A DNA stretch of 64,000 bases from an uncultured delta proteobacterium. GTDB lineage: Bacteria; Myxococcota_A; Polyangia; Polyangiales; Polyangiaceae. The notes beneath the pieces are model-generated. The model ran no database searches, had not been told where the DNA came from, and saw only the letters and a program-made list of their open reading frames with translations. Positions 42,166 through 54,991 of the stretch are shown piece after piece; position 1 is the first letter of the stretch, and every line of letters starts with the position of its first letter. Location of the stretch: contig CAWDXG010000001.1 in the NCBI GenBank assembly GCA_963806225.1, positions 1,888,001 through 1,952,000 of the forward strand. The letters run 5' to 3'. A program made the translations under genes and the position numbers.

Positions 42166-43824
42166 GTGCCGCCAGTGTTGCGGCGCTTCGGGGCATTGCT
42201 GGCTCTGGGCGCGCTGGTGGGATGCCGTGGCCCGGCTGCCGCGCAGGGCGCGGTTCCGTCGGCGAACGCTAGCGCTGGAACCGGTCCCGCCGTCCTACCG
42301 GACCGCGCCGACGTGGTCGCGCAGGCCGACGCGCTGGCGTTGGCGGGCGCCCATCGTTCCGGCGAAAGCGGTGGGCGTCTCGTGATGGAGGCGGCACGGT
42401 TGCGGCGCCGCCTGTGGCGCCTCGAACGCCGTCCCGCGGATGGCCTGGAGGCGGTGGAGCTACTCAGGAACGCCGGGCGCTCTGCGTGGAACGGCGCCTG
42501 CGAAGCCCGGGTCGACCGGGCGGTCCTCGAAGGCGAGCTGCACAGCGACCCCGAAGAAACCTATCGCGCGGTGTATCTCGTCCGCGCCGGGACCCACGAG
42601 CCCGCATGCGAACGGCACGCCGATGCCGTGCTCGGAACGCTCGCCGCGTTCAAGCCGCTGCCCAACGTCCTGGCATCGCTCGACCGGCAGGCAGCCGAGG
42701 AGCGGGGCACCGCGCCCCGGGCGTCGGCGAGCGCTGCGACTGCCGACGGCAACGGACCGGTCGTGGTGCCGACGCTCTCCGCGTCGGCACTCCGGAAGCC
42801 GACCCGCATCACGCGCATCGAGCGCTACGGGGCGAAGGACGCTGCGCGCGTCGTCGTGTTCGTGACGCACCCGACGACGTTCGCGGTCGGCTCGATACCC
42901 CCACAGGGCCAACACCGCGGACCACGGCTCTACATCGACATCCACAACGCCAGCTACCACGGCAAGCGCGAACTCGCCGTGGGAGGCCTGGTCGGGCGCG
43001 TCCGCCTGGGCCAGCACAAGCAGGACACGCGCGTCGTGCTGGACCTGGACGCCAAGGTCTACCGCAAGGTCTTCTACCTGCCCGAGCCGTTCCGGCTGGT
43101 GGTCGACGTGTCCCGCGAGCCGCCCGCGGAGATGGGGAAACAGCATGGGCCGCGCAGCGTGCACCGCGTGGTGCTCGACCCGGGCCATGGCGGTCACGAC
43201 CCCGGTGCTATCGGTCCGAGCGGCCTGCGCGAGAAAGACGTGACACTCGATATTGCGCACCGTGCTGCGCCCCTGATCGCGCGCGAGCTCGGTATCGCCA
43301 CGCTCCTGACGCGCGACTCCGATGACTACGTGCCGCTCGATGAACGGACGGCGCGTGCCAACGCCTTCCAGGCCGATCTCTTCGTGTCGATCCACTGCAA
43401 CGCGAGCGAGAACACCGACAGCCGCGGCGTGATGACCTTCGTCCTCGACGAGTCCCGGGACGTGTTGGCTTCGCACGTCGCTGCCCGCGAGAACTCGGCG
43501 TCACCGGCCGCCGCCGCCGAGCTGGCCAACGTGATCAGCCACGCGCTCGACGCCGGGAGCGTGGCGCGCTCGGTGCGTTTCGCAGAGCTCCTGCAACGTT
43601 CGGCCATGGCGTCGCTGTCGCCGGGCTACGGCGGGATCGCAGACCAGGGCGTGAAGCGCGCGGGCTTCTACGTCCTCGCCGGCGCACGGATGCCCGCCGT
43701 GTTGTTCGAGACGACCTTCATCTCGAATCCGACCGGCGAGGCGCACTTGAACACGGCGGACTACCGGCAGAAGGTCGCCGACGCCATCGTCAATGCGATC
43801 CGGGCCTACCGCGAAGGGCGTTGA
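42166..43824 (+). CDS. N-acetylmuramoyl-L-alanine amidase (Amidase_3) with AMIN-like domain, probable lipoprotein
   Basis: Lipobox LVGC. VVLDPGHGGHDPGA, EKDVTL, FVSIHCNA and GFYVL..MPAVLFET. Start uncertain. Confidence 0.92.
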   Translation: MPPVLRRFGALLALGALVGCRGPAAAQGAVPSANASAGTGPAVLPDRADVVAQADALALAGAHRSGESGGRLVMEAARLRRRLWRLERRPADGLEAVELLRNAGRSAWNGACEARVDRAVLEGELHSDPEETYRAVYLVRAGTHEPACERHADAVLGTLAAFKPLPNVLASLDRQAAEERGTAPRASASAATADGNGPVVVPTLSASALRKPTRITRIERYGAKDAARVVVFVTHPTTFAVGSIPPQGQHRGPRLYIDIHNASYHGKRELAVGGLVGRVRLGQHKQDTRVVLDLDAKVYRKVFYLPEPFRLVVDVSREPPAEMGKQHGPRSVHRVVLDPGHGGHDPGAIGPSGLREKDVTLDIAHRAAPLIARELGIATLLTRDSDDYVPLDERTARANAFQADLFVSIHCNASENTDSRGVMTFVLDESRDVLASHVAARENSASPAAAAELANVISHALDAGSVARSVRFAELLQRSAMASLSPGYGGIADQGVKRAGFYVLAGARMPAVLFETTFISNPTGEAHLNTADYRQKVADAIVNAIRAYREGR

Positions 43825-43842
43825 GGCGGGCGCACCGGCGAC

Positions 43843-44722
43843 TCAGACCGCGCGGCGCCCGACGAAACGGCCGTCCAGCAGCACGAAGCGCGTCGGGGCG
43901 TCCGGGTCCTCCGGGGCGGGAGCGGGCTCGGGATAGAGCGGATCGCCCGGCAGCGCGAGGACCGCCTGATCGCCGTCCAGCGTGAAGAAGGGGCAAACGG
44001 GCTCCAGCGGCTGCGCCCGGGCGATCGCGATCGCGGACTCGACGTCCGACGCCGGAAGCAGGATCTGCAGGGTGCGCGACGTGGGCGGCGCCAGGAAGAT
44101 CTCGCCGCGTTCCCAGCGCCCCAGTACCTCGCGTGGAGTGGCCCAGAAGCTAGCGGTCGTCTCGTGGCGGTCGTGCGCCCCGTGCTGGCGACCAGGAAGC
44201 GGCAGGATGTAGAAGCGCGTGTCGTAGCGCCGCGACTCCGCTGCCGGCGTGATCCAGTGAGCGAGCGCCTCGAGGCGGCTGGTGTCGGCCTTGAGCCCGC
44301 GCTCGCGGAGCAGCCCGGCAAACGCGTGGGCCTGGGTCTCGCTGGCCGCTCTCCGTGAAAGCTCGCTCCTGAGCTCCGCGGTCTGTTCCGCGTCGAGCTC
44401 GCCGCCTTCGACGGCCAGGATCGCGGCCTCCTCAAGCAACTCGCGCAGCGCAGCCACCGCGAAGGAACGCGCCGTGGGCTCGTCCTCTGCGAACGAGCGG
44501 GCGCGCGCGGTCAGGTCGGTGGTCAGGTTCCGCCAGTGTTCGCCGCGGTCCGCGACGTCGACCTTTCCGCCTGGAAATACCACCGCACCGCCAAGGAATC
44601 CGGAGCGCGTGTGGCGCTGCACGCAGAAGACCTCCAGCCCGGCCGGCAGTCTCGCGCACCACCGCTACCGTGGCGGCGTCCTTGGGCGTTACGGGCTCGC
44701 GCTCGGGGTCGAATTGCAACAT
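43843..44722 (-). CDS. NUDIX hydrolase (frameshift near 44645)
   Basis: PKDAATV.., VFPGGKVD..ALRELLEEA, HWITP..RRYDTRFY, LAPPT. True ATG at 44722 lies in another frame. Confidence 0.9.
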
Positions 44723-44921
44723 GGCCGGATGGTAGGACACCCCGGTCCGGGTGGCCCGTGGAAGGCCCGCTGGCCTGGAAAACGGCAATTTCCGGGAGGA
44801 CCGGCCCATTTCCGCCCTCGCGCTCCGGGCCGGGCAGTGGTAGTGAGGCCGGCCGCCGAGACGCCGCGGCAAGGGGTCCGAGGAGAGGGCCGGGAGGCGT
44901 CAGTCAACCTTTCCGCGCACA

Positions 44922-44950
44922 TTGACGAGCTGGAAAACGCTCCCTATGTT
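44922..44950 (+). promoter_or_regulatory. Sigma70-type promoter of dksA
   Basis: TTGACG-N17-TATGTT. Confidence 0.55.
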
Positions 44951-44996
44951 TTGGGGCTCCCGCCACAGAGGGGCGGGGTCTTTTCGCGAGCCAACC

Positions 44997-45355
44997 ATGA
45001 CCAAGGCACAGCTGAAGAAGTTCCGGGAGCTACTCGAGTCCAAGCGCATGGAGATCATCAGGCGCGCTCAGCAGACGCTCGACGAGGACATGGCGCTGGA
45101 CTCGAACGACCTGCCGGACGAAATGGATCTCGCTTCGAGCGAATACCTGCAGTCTTTCACGTTCCGCCTGCGCGGGCGCGAGAAGGTCTTCCTGGACAAG
45201 ATCCAGAAGGCGATCGACAAGATCGACCAGGGCACGTTCGGCGTGTGCGACGACTGCGGCGAGAAGATCTCGCTCAAGCGTCTCGAGGCCCGCCCCGAAA
45301 CGACGCTCTGCATCCGCTGCAAGGAGGACCAGGAGCGCGTCGAGAAGGACTTCGG

Positions 45356-45359
<4 letters not shown>
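44997..45359 (+). CDS. dksA: RNA polymerase-binding transcription factor DksA
   Basis: Coiled-coil tip DEMDLA (DxxDxA) and C4 zinc finger CDDC..RLEARP..CIRC. Confidence 0.93.
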
Positions 45360-48256
<2,897 letters not shown>

Positions 48257-48471
48257 GGGAGCGGGCATCTTGGCATAGTCGGCGCGCCCAGTCGTGCACC
48301 GGTCGGCGTCAGGCCGGCGCGCGGGCCGGGCAGTCCGAACTTGGCCGACGCTTCCGGAACGCGCATAACCCAGGGGTGCGCCGGCCGGAGCGTGAGGCGA
48401 GCCCGCGGCCGGGCCCCGCCCCCCCTACGAGCGCGGCAGGGAAGCGGGGGGGAGGCCCGCGTCGGCGGAAA

Positions 48472-49558
48472 GTGGGGATCACGGGGTGGTTCCTGGGCGG
48501 GGTGCTGCTCGGATTGTTGGCCGCGTTGATAGCGGAGCCCGGCCCGGCGGCGGAGCCAGTCGGATATGTGCGGAAGTCCGCACCCAGTCCATCGGGCACG
48601 GTCCTGGCGCGCTCGACCGCCGTCCTGCAAGGCGATCCGTCAGAGCGGGACGCGACGGCGCCTGAAGGCGCCCCGCAGTCGCTCGAGAGCCTGGCCCCCA
48701 CGCCGTCGGCGCCGGATCTCCCGGCGGCCGCGTGGGATGCCGGGCCAGCCCTGGCCGAGGCCGGTCCGGGGCCGGCGCAGGCGTCCGGGAACGCCCCGTG
48801 GTCGCATCCGGATCCGGACAGCACCAGCGCGTGTCCGGCCGGGATGCTGCTCGTGCAGGGCGACTGGTGCCCGTACCTGACCGAGCGCTGCGTCGACTGG
48901 ATCGACCAGAAGCGTGATCGCTGCCGCCGCTACGCGAAACCGACGGTCTGCCACGGCCGGCGCGATCTCACAAGCGCTTCTGCATCGATCGCTACGAATA
49001 TCCGAACGAAAAGGGCGTGCTGCCGGCCGTGATGGTCGAGCTGGCTCGAGGCCAGGGACGCCTGCAAGGCGGAGGGCAAGCGGCTTTGCACGGAGGACGA
49101 GTGGACCTTCGCGTGCGAAGGGACCGAAGAGCTTGCCGTATCCGTACGGATACGTGCGCGAATCCGGCAAGCCTGCAACATCGACCGACCGACTGCTGAC
49201 CCCGGATTTCAAGGCCTTCACCGAGGATCGGATCGTGGCGGACGAGGTATTCAGGCTCGATCAGCGCGTGCCGAGCGGCTCGATGGACCGCTGCGTGAGC
49301 CCCTTCGGTGTCCACGACATGACCGGCAACGTGGACGAATGGGTCGTCAACGAGTAACGGGCAGAGCCCCACCGCTCCGGGCTGAAAGGCGGCTATTTCG
49401 GCAAGATCCGCGCCCGTTGCCGTCCCATGACCACCGATCACAACGAGTGGTTCCGCTTCTACCAGGCCGGGTTCCGCTGCTGCAGCGCCGCGCGGCCCGC
49501 GCCGGCTGCCCGTGTTGCCCCCGGCGTGCCGGCCGCTGCGAGCCCGGTGTTGCCCTGA
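48472..49558 (+). CDS. Formylglycine-generating enzyme (SUMF1/EgtB/PvdO) domain protein (frameshifts and one in-frame TAA)
   Basis: CPAGMLLV, FCIDRYEYPN, GKRLCTEDEW, SPFGVHDMTGNVDEW, KGG, GFRCC. Start uncertain. Confidence 0.85.
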
Positions 49559-49718
49559 CAGGCCGGTTCGACTACGTTTCCCGGCGTGGAGCCAGCGTTC
49601 GCCAGCACTGGGGTGGGCAGTTTCCCCCGACGCGGCGATGGTTGTGCCCCAATGCGCCAGTGGTCCTATGCTGACCTTGCGCGAGCCTGTCGGCTTGTGC
49701 AAGCAAGCTCGTCTGCCA

Positions 49719-49792
49719 GGGCCCATAGCTCAATCGGTCAGAGCCCCCGGCTCATAACCGGGTTGTTCCTGGTTCGAACCCAGGTGGGCCCA
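49719..49792 (+). tRNA. tRNA with CAT anticodon, most likely tRNA-Ile2 (lysidine type)
   Basis: Acceptor GGGCCCA/TGGGCCC, anticodon arm CCCGG-CTCATAA-CCGGG, T loop TTCGAAC, discriminator A. The paired G1-C72 argues against fMet. No encoded CCA. Confidence 0.92.
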
Positions 49793-49896
49793 CTCGCGCC
49801 AAGCCCCCGACACGCCGCATGCCCGGCGCCCGCATCCGCCCGGGCGTCCGGTGCTGGCCAGATAGCGCCATCCGCGGCAAGGAGCCGAGCCCCGCA

Positions 49897-50658
49897 GTGA
49901 ACATGCAACCCCAGATAGAAGCCCTCGAAGCCCTTGCCGCAGTCGACGCGGATCTGAAGGAGCTGAACGAAGAGCTCGACCGCGAACGCGAAACCCTGGC
50001 TGGGCAAGCAGATCCCACCTCGACGAGCTGGACGAGAGCCTGTCGCGAGCTCACCAGAGCATCGAGGACATGGAGCGGATGCGTAACGAGCTCATGCAGG
50101 AAGTCCGCCAGATGAGCCTGCAGGTCGAGAAGTCGCGCGAGAAGCTTTCGCGCTGCCGCACCGAGCGCGAGGCCAACGCCGCGCAGCGCGAGGTCGAAGA
50201 GACTCCGCAAGCTCTACCGCGATCGCGAGGTCGAGATCGAGAAGCTCGTCGGACTCATCGACCAGGCCCGCGGCGACATCGAGAAAACCCAGACCGAGCA
50301 CGACGAGCTCGCCGACGAGCTGGGCAAGAGCCAGAGCTCGGTGGAAAGCCATCTGGGCGAAGTCGAGCAGCGCGCCAAGGCGAAGCAGGACGAACGCAAG
50401 CAGTACGTCGCCAAGGTGAAGCCGCAGCTCTATCGTCGCTACGAGCTGGTACGCAAGCGCAAGGGGACGGCGATCGCCTACGCGAGCGACGGTACCTGCA
50501 GCGCGTGCCACATGCTGCTGCCGCCAATGCTGTTCCAGCAGCTCAGGCGCGGCGAGGATTTCGGTCAGTGTCCGAGCTGCAACCGGATCCTCTACTTCCG
50601 CGCCGATCCCCCAGCTGCCGAGAGCAGCCAGGCGGACAGCCAGTCGAGTGGGCCTTGA
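49897..50658 (+). CDS. Coiled-coil protein with C4 zinc ribbon (DUF164-like), frameshifted
   Basis: Long coiled coil, then YELVRKRKGTAIA..CSACHM..CPSCNRILY. Confidence 0.9.
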
Positions 50659-50712
50659 GGAGTCGGGAGAGCAGCGCCCGCGTGCTAGCTCTCCCCCTGG
50701 GGGGACTCGTAG

Positions 50713-52044
50713 ATGAAGGCATGTCCTGTCTGCGGCCGCCTCTATCCGGCCGATGCCGGCTTCTGCCCGGAGGACGGCCAGCAGCTGTCGAGCGCGACGC
50801 AGGTGCCGGTCGCCAGCGACGACCAGGACGCGCGTATCGGCCAGTTGATGTGCACGCGCTACCAGGTGCGTCGCGTGGTGGCCGACGGCGGCATGGGGCG
50901 CGTCTACGAAGCGCTCGACATGTCGGAGCGTCGCAACGTGGCGCTCAAGATCCTGCATCCCGACGTCGCGACCGATCCGGTGGCCCTCGAGCGCTTCAAG
51001 CGCGAGTTCGAGGTGAGCAAGCAGCTGCCGCACGAGCACATCGTGGACGTGCTCGACTTCCAGCCGACCCACGACGGTAGCTACGCGCTGGTGATGGAGT
51101 TCCTCTACGGCGAGGAGCTCCGCGCCACGCTGAAGCGCGAATCGGTGCTGCCGCCCGAACGCGTGGTGCGGATGGTGAGCCAGGTGGCGATCGGCCTCGA
51201 CGGTGCCCACTCGCGCAAGCTGGTGCACCGCGATCTGAAGCCCGACAACATCTTCCTCTGCCAGACGCGCGAGGGCGACATCGTCAAGCTGCTCGACTTC
51301 GGATCGGTGAAGGACAAGGGCGAGACGGCGAAGAAGCTGACGGTGATGGGGACGACGATCGGGTCGCCGTTCTACATGGCACCGGAGCAGGCGCAGGGCC
51401 TCGAGACGCTCGATCACCGTGCGGACGTCTGGGCGCTGGCCGCCATCGCCTACGAGTGTGTGACCGGTCAGGTGCCGTTCAAGGGCAACAACGGTCCGAG
51501 CATCCTGCTCGAGATCCTGACCAAGGAGCCGGCGCCGCCCAGCCAGGCCGGCGCGGGCCAGAAGTATCCCGTTCCACCCACGCTTGACCACGTGATGACG
51601 CATGCGCTCAAGAAGGCAGCGGCGACCCGCATCGGTTCGGTCGGCGCGCTGGCCGACGCGCTCGGCGCGGCGTACGGGCTGACGGGCAGCCACCTGGAAT
51701 GGGCGCACACCACGCAGGCCGAGCTCGGTGCGGCGATCCAGGCGCGGCTGCCGGAGATGATGCAGGCCAAGCCGGCCGCGCCCACCGACGGCGTTTCGGA
51801 TTCCTTCTTCGGCGAGTCGGCTGCGCTGGACGCGCTCGGCGATCCGTTCGGCACGCCCGGACCCGCGGCGGCCCAGGCGGCCTATCCGCAGCCGTACGCG
51901 GATCCGATGCAGGCCTATGCCAATCCGATGGACGGCGCGCCGGCCGGCTTGCCGAAGCGCGGCCTGGGCTGGATGGTGTTCGCGCTGGTCGGCACAGTCG
52001 CGTTGGTGCTCGGAGTCGTGATCGTGCTGATCGTCATGCACTGA
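50713..52044 (+). CDS. Ser/Thr protein kinase with N-terminal zinc ribbon and C-terminal TM
   Basis: CPVC..CPEDG, GGMGRVY, VALK, HRDLKPDN, DFG, GSPFYMAPEQ, DVWAL. Confidence 0.95.
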   Translation: MKACPVCGRLYPADAGFCPEDGQQLSSATQVPVASDDQDARIGQLMCTRYQVRRVVADGGMGRVYEALDMSERRNVALKILHPDVATDPVALERFKREFEVSKQLPHEHIVDVLDFQPTHDGSYALVMEFLYGEELRATLKRESVLPPERVVRMVSQVAIGLDGAHSRKLVHRDLKPDNIFLCQTREGDIVKLLDFGSVKDKGETAKKLTVMGTTIGSPFYMAPEQAQGLETLDHRADVWALAAIAYECVTGQVPFKGNNGPSILLEILTKEPAPPSQAGAGQKYPVPPTLDHVMTHALKKAAATRIGSVGALADALGAAYGLTGSHLEWAHTTQAELGAAIQARLPEMMQAKPAAPTDGVSDSFFGESAALDALGDPFGTPGPAAAQAAYPQPYADPMQAYANPMDGAPAGLPKRGLGWMVFALVGTVALVLGVVIVLIVMH

Positions 52045-52090
52045 GGCCGTCCCTGGTGGCGTCCCACGGCGTGTGGTATCCGTCCCGCGC

Positions 52091-52639
52091 ATGGAAACTG
52101 CGCGCTCGATCGTCCACCCGGCGCCGCGCGGGCCGCGGGCTGCTCGTCAGTTCGTGGTGCTCGCGGTAGTCCCGCTCGTCGTCGCCGTCGGCTGCAAGAA
52201 AAAAAGCAGCCCGGACGCGACGGCCGAGCCCGCGGCGTCGGCAGCGGGCGCGTCCAGCGGCGCTGCGCTGGCGGGCAAGCCCGCCAGCGAGTTCAAGGAT
52301 GCGCGCTTCCAGTTGCAGATCCAGCCGAAGGGCAGCTACAAGGCGGGGCAGGCCGGGCAGGTCCAGATCGTGCTTTCGGCGAACGCGCCGTTCCACTGCA
52401 ACGACAAGTACCCCTACAAGTTCAAGCTGAAGGACTCGGAGGGCGTGAAGTACGCGGACAAGATCGTCAAGAAGGACGCCGTCCAGCTCGAGAAGCACCG
52501 GGCCACGATGACCGTCGACTTCACGCCGGAGTCCACAGGCAAGAAGACCATCGCCGGCAAGTTCCTGTTCTCGCTATGCTCGGCCGACAAGTGCCTGGTG
52601 GAGCGCCGTGACCTCTCGCTCGACGTGAACGTCGACTAG
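52091..52639 (+). CDS. Lipoprotein with Ig-like domain and C-terminal CxxxxC
   Basis: Lipobox AVGC. Beta-rich domain with FHCNDKYP and FSLCSADKCL. Confidence 0.75.
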   Translation: METARSIVHPAPRGPRAARQFVVLAVVPLVVAVGCKKKSSPDATAEPAASAAGASSGAALAGKPASEFKDARFQLQIQPKGSYKAGQAGQVQIVLSANAPFHCNDKYPYKFKLKDSEGVKYADKIVKKDAVQLEKHRATMTVDFTPESTGKKTIAGKFLFSLCSADKCLVERRDLSLDVNVD

Positions 52640-52714
52640 ATCCGGCGGTTTCTGCCGTTTGGCCGCGGCTCCGGCTGGCGGTGCCGGTCGTCGCATACGT
52701 GATAGGCTTCCGCC

Positions 52715-54970
52715 ATGGGTTCTAGCCGGATCCTGGACGAGCTGCGTTCGGTTGCCGAGCAGGTGCAGCGCGAGTTCGAGGACGAGCGTCGCCTATTGTC
52801 GTTCGCGGAGTACGTGGAGCTGTTTGCGTCGGACCCGATCCGGCACTCGCGCGACGCAGCCCGCTACATGCGCGACATGTTCGACCACTACGGCCGGACG
52901 GAGGTGGAGCGTCCCTGGGGCACGATGACGCGCTATGGCCTCTTCGATCTGCCGTTCTTGCCTGCGTCGGATGCGAGTCGCGAGGCGCTCGTCGGTCAGG
53001 AGGCGGTCCAGAGCGAGCTGTATCGCGTGTTGTCGAACTTCGTGCGCGAAGGGCGTCCGAACCGGGTCGTGCTCATGCACGGGCCCAACGGTTCGGCGAA
53101 GAGTACCGCTGCTTCGTGTCTGATGTACGCGCTCGAGCACTACTCCTCGCTGGACGAGGGAGCGCTCTACCGCTTCCACTGGGTCTTCCCGAACCAGGCC
53201 AAGCTCCGCGGCTCCATTGGCTTCACGGGCGGGCGGCGCCCCGGCCGGAGCGACGATGGCAGCTATGCCCACCTGCCCGACGACCAGATCGACGCGCGCC
53301 TGTTCATGGAGGTCCGCGACCACCCGCTGTTCCTGATCCCGGCGCGGGAGCGCGCAAGCCTGCTGGAGCGCCTGTACGCTGAAGCGGGCATCGAAGAGCC
53401 GCCGCCCGGCTGGATCCTGCGCGGCAGTCTGTCGCACAAGAGCCGTCAGGTGTACGAGGCCCTGCTCGTCAGCTGCGACGGTTCGCTTGCGGAGGTGCTG
53501 CGCCACGTCCAGGTCGAGCGCTACTTCATCTCGCGTCGCTACCGCGTGGGCGCGGTCACGCTCGGTCCGCAGCTGTCCGTGGATGCCGGGGAGCGGCAGC
53601 TCACCGCCGACCGGTCGCTAGGGGCGCTGCCGCCGTCGCTGCAGTCGGTCACGCTCTTCGAGGCGTTCGGCGAGCTGGTCGACGCGGCAGGCGGCATGAT
53701 CGAATTCTCCGACCTGCTCAAGCGGCCGCTGGACGCTTTCAAGTACCTGCAGATAACCGCGGAGACAGGCGAGGTCGCGCTGCGTTCGCAGAACGTGCAG
53801 GTCAACTGCGTGATGCTGGCCAGTGGCAACGAGGTGCACCTCGCGGCTTTCCACGAGCACCCGGAGTTCGAGAGCTTCCGCGGTCGGTTGGAGCTGGTGC
53901 GTTCTCCGTACCTCCTGAGCTGGGTCGACGAGCAGAAGATCTACGACGCACAGATCGCTCCGCAGGTCCGACGCCACGTGGCGCCCCACGCGACCGAGGT
54001 CGCCGCCATGTTCGCGGTGCTTACGCGGATGCGCCGGCCCAAGGAGGACGGATACGGCAAGCCGTTGCGCTCGGTCGTCAGCGAGCTGACGGCCTTCGAG
54101 AAGCTGGATCTCTACGCGCGCGGCGTCGCTCCGCGACGCCTCGACGACGACTCCGCCAAGCTGCTGCGGGCGGCGATCCCCGGGATCTACACCGAGAGCG
54201 AGTCCTACCCGATCTACGAAGGCAGCACGGGCGCAAGTCCGCGCGAGATGCGCACGGTGCTGCTCGATGCCGCCCAGAATCCGCTCTACGCCTGCCTGTC
54301 GCCGTTCGCGGTGCTCGAGGAGCTCGACAAGCTCTGCGAGCGGATCGGCGAGTACGCCTGGCTGACGGAAGAGCGTCTGCCAGGCGGCTATCACGACCAC
54401 TCGCTGTTCCGCCAGCTGTTGCGGGAGCGCCTTCTGGACCTGCTCGAGGACGAGTTCAGAGCGGCAAGCGGACTGGTCGACGAGACCCGCTACAACGAGC
54501 TCTTCGATCGCTACGTCAATCACGTCAGCTACTGGATCAAGGGCGAGAAGCTGCTCAACCCGCTCACCGGGCAGTACGAGGAAGCGAGCGAGCAGCTCAT
54601 GGAAGAGGTCGAAGCGCTGTTGGGGGTGCCCGACAGGCCCGAGCAGCTCCGCCATTCGCTGATCAACCGCGTGGCCGCGTGGGCTATCGACCATCCCGGC
54701 GAGCCGCTCGACAACTCGCGCGTATTCGCACCCCAGCTTGAGCGCATCCGTGCCGCCGTGTTCGCCGACCGCCAGGTCGTGGTGGCACGGCTTTGTCGCG
54801 ACGTCGTGGTGTTGCTGCGCGAGGAAGCAGCGGGCCTGGACGATCAACAACGCAAGGCCGCCCGCGATGTCGTGGACGAGCTGCGACGCCGTTTCGGATA
54901 CGAGGAGGCGTCGGTGAACGACGCCGCCGTGGCGCTTGTGCGCGAGCGTTTCGCCGAGCTCCTGGGCTGA
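52715..54970 (+). CDS. prkA: PrkA/YeaG-family AAA+ serine protein kinase
   Basis: LSFAEYVELF, HGPNGSAKST, EVRDHPL, IEFSDLLKRP, GASPRE. Confidence 0.85.
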   Translation: MGSSRILDELRSVAEQVQREFEDERRLLSFAEYVELFASDPIRHSRDAARYMRDMFDHYGRTEVERPWGTMTRYGLFDLPFLPASDASREALVGQEAVQSELYRVLSNFVREGRPNRVVLMHGPNGSAKSTAASCLMYALEHYSSLDEGALYRFHWVFPNQAKLRGSIGFTGGRRPGRSDDGSYAHLPDDQIDARLFMEVRDHPLFLIPARERASLLERLYAEAGIEEPPPGWILRGSLSHKSRQVYEALLVSCDGSLAEVLRHVQVERYFISRRYRVGAVTLGPQLSVDAGERQLTADRSLGALPPSLQSVTLFEAFGELVDAAGGMIEFSDLLKRPLDAFKYLQITAETGEVALRSQNVQVNCVMLASGNEVHLAAFHEHPEFESFRGRLELVRSPYLLSWVDEQKIYDAQIAPQVRRHVAPHATEVAAMFAVLTRMRRPKEDGYGKPLRSVVSELTAFEKLDLYARGVAPRRLDDDSAKLLRAAIPGIYTESESYPIYEGSTGASPREMRTVLLDAAQNPLYACLSPFAVLEELDKLCERIGEYAWLTEERLPGGYHDHSLFRQLLRERLLDLLEDEFRAASGLVDETRYNELFDRYVNHVSYWIKGEKLLNPLTGQYEEASEQLMEEVEALLGVPDRPEQLRHSLINRVAAWAIDHPGEPLDNSRVFAPQLERIRAAVFADRQVVVARLCRDVVVLLREEAAGLDDQQRKAARDVVDELRRRFGYEEASVNDAAVALVRERFAELLG

Positions 54971-54991
54971 GTCCGGGCCGCGATATCGACC

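Noticed and set aside
48270..48470. LexA box upstream of uvrA
   Set aside because: No recognisable palindrome or SOS-box match was seen by eye.
49355..49357. In-frame TAA inside the SUMF1-domain gene as possible recoding or readthrough
   Set aside because: The gene has several nearby indels. Compensating errors explain it more simply, and TAA is a normal stop elsewhere (gltC, 40795 gene).
50659..50712. RNase P RNA or RNase H gene after the tRNA and zinc-ribbon gene
   Set aside because: The gap is only about 54 bp and contains no rnpB signature.
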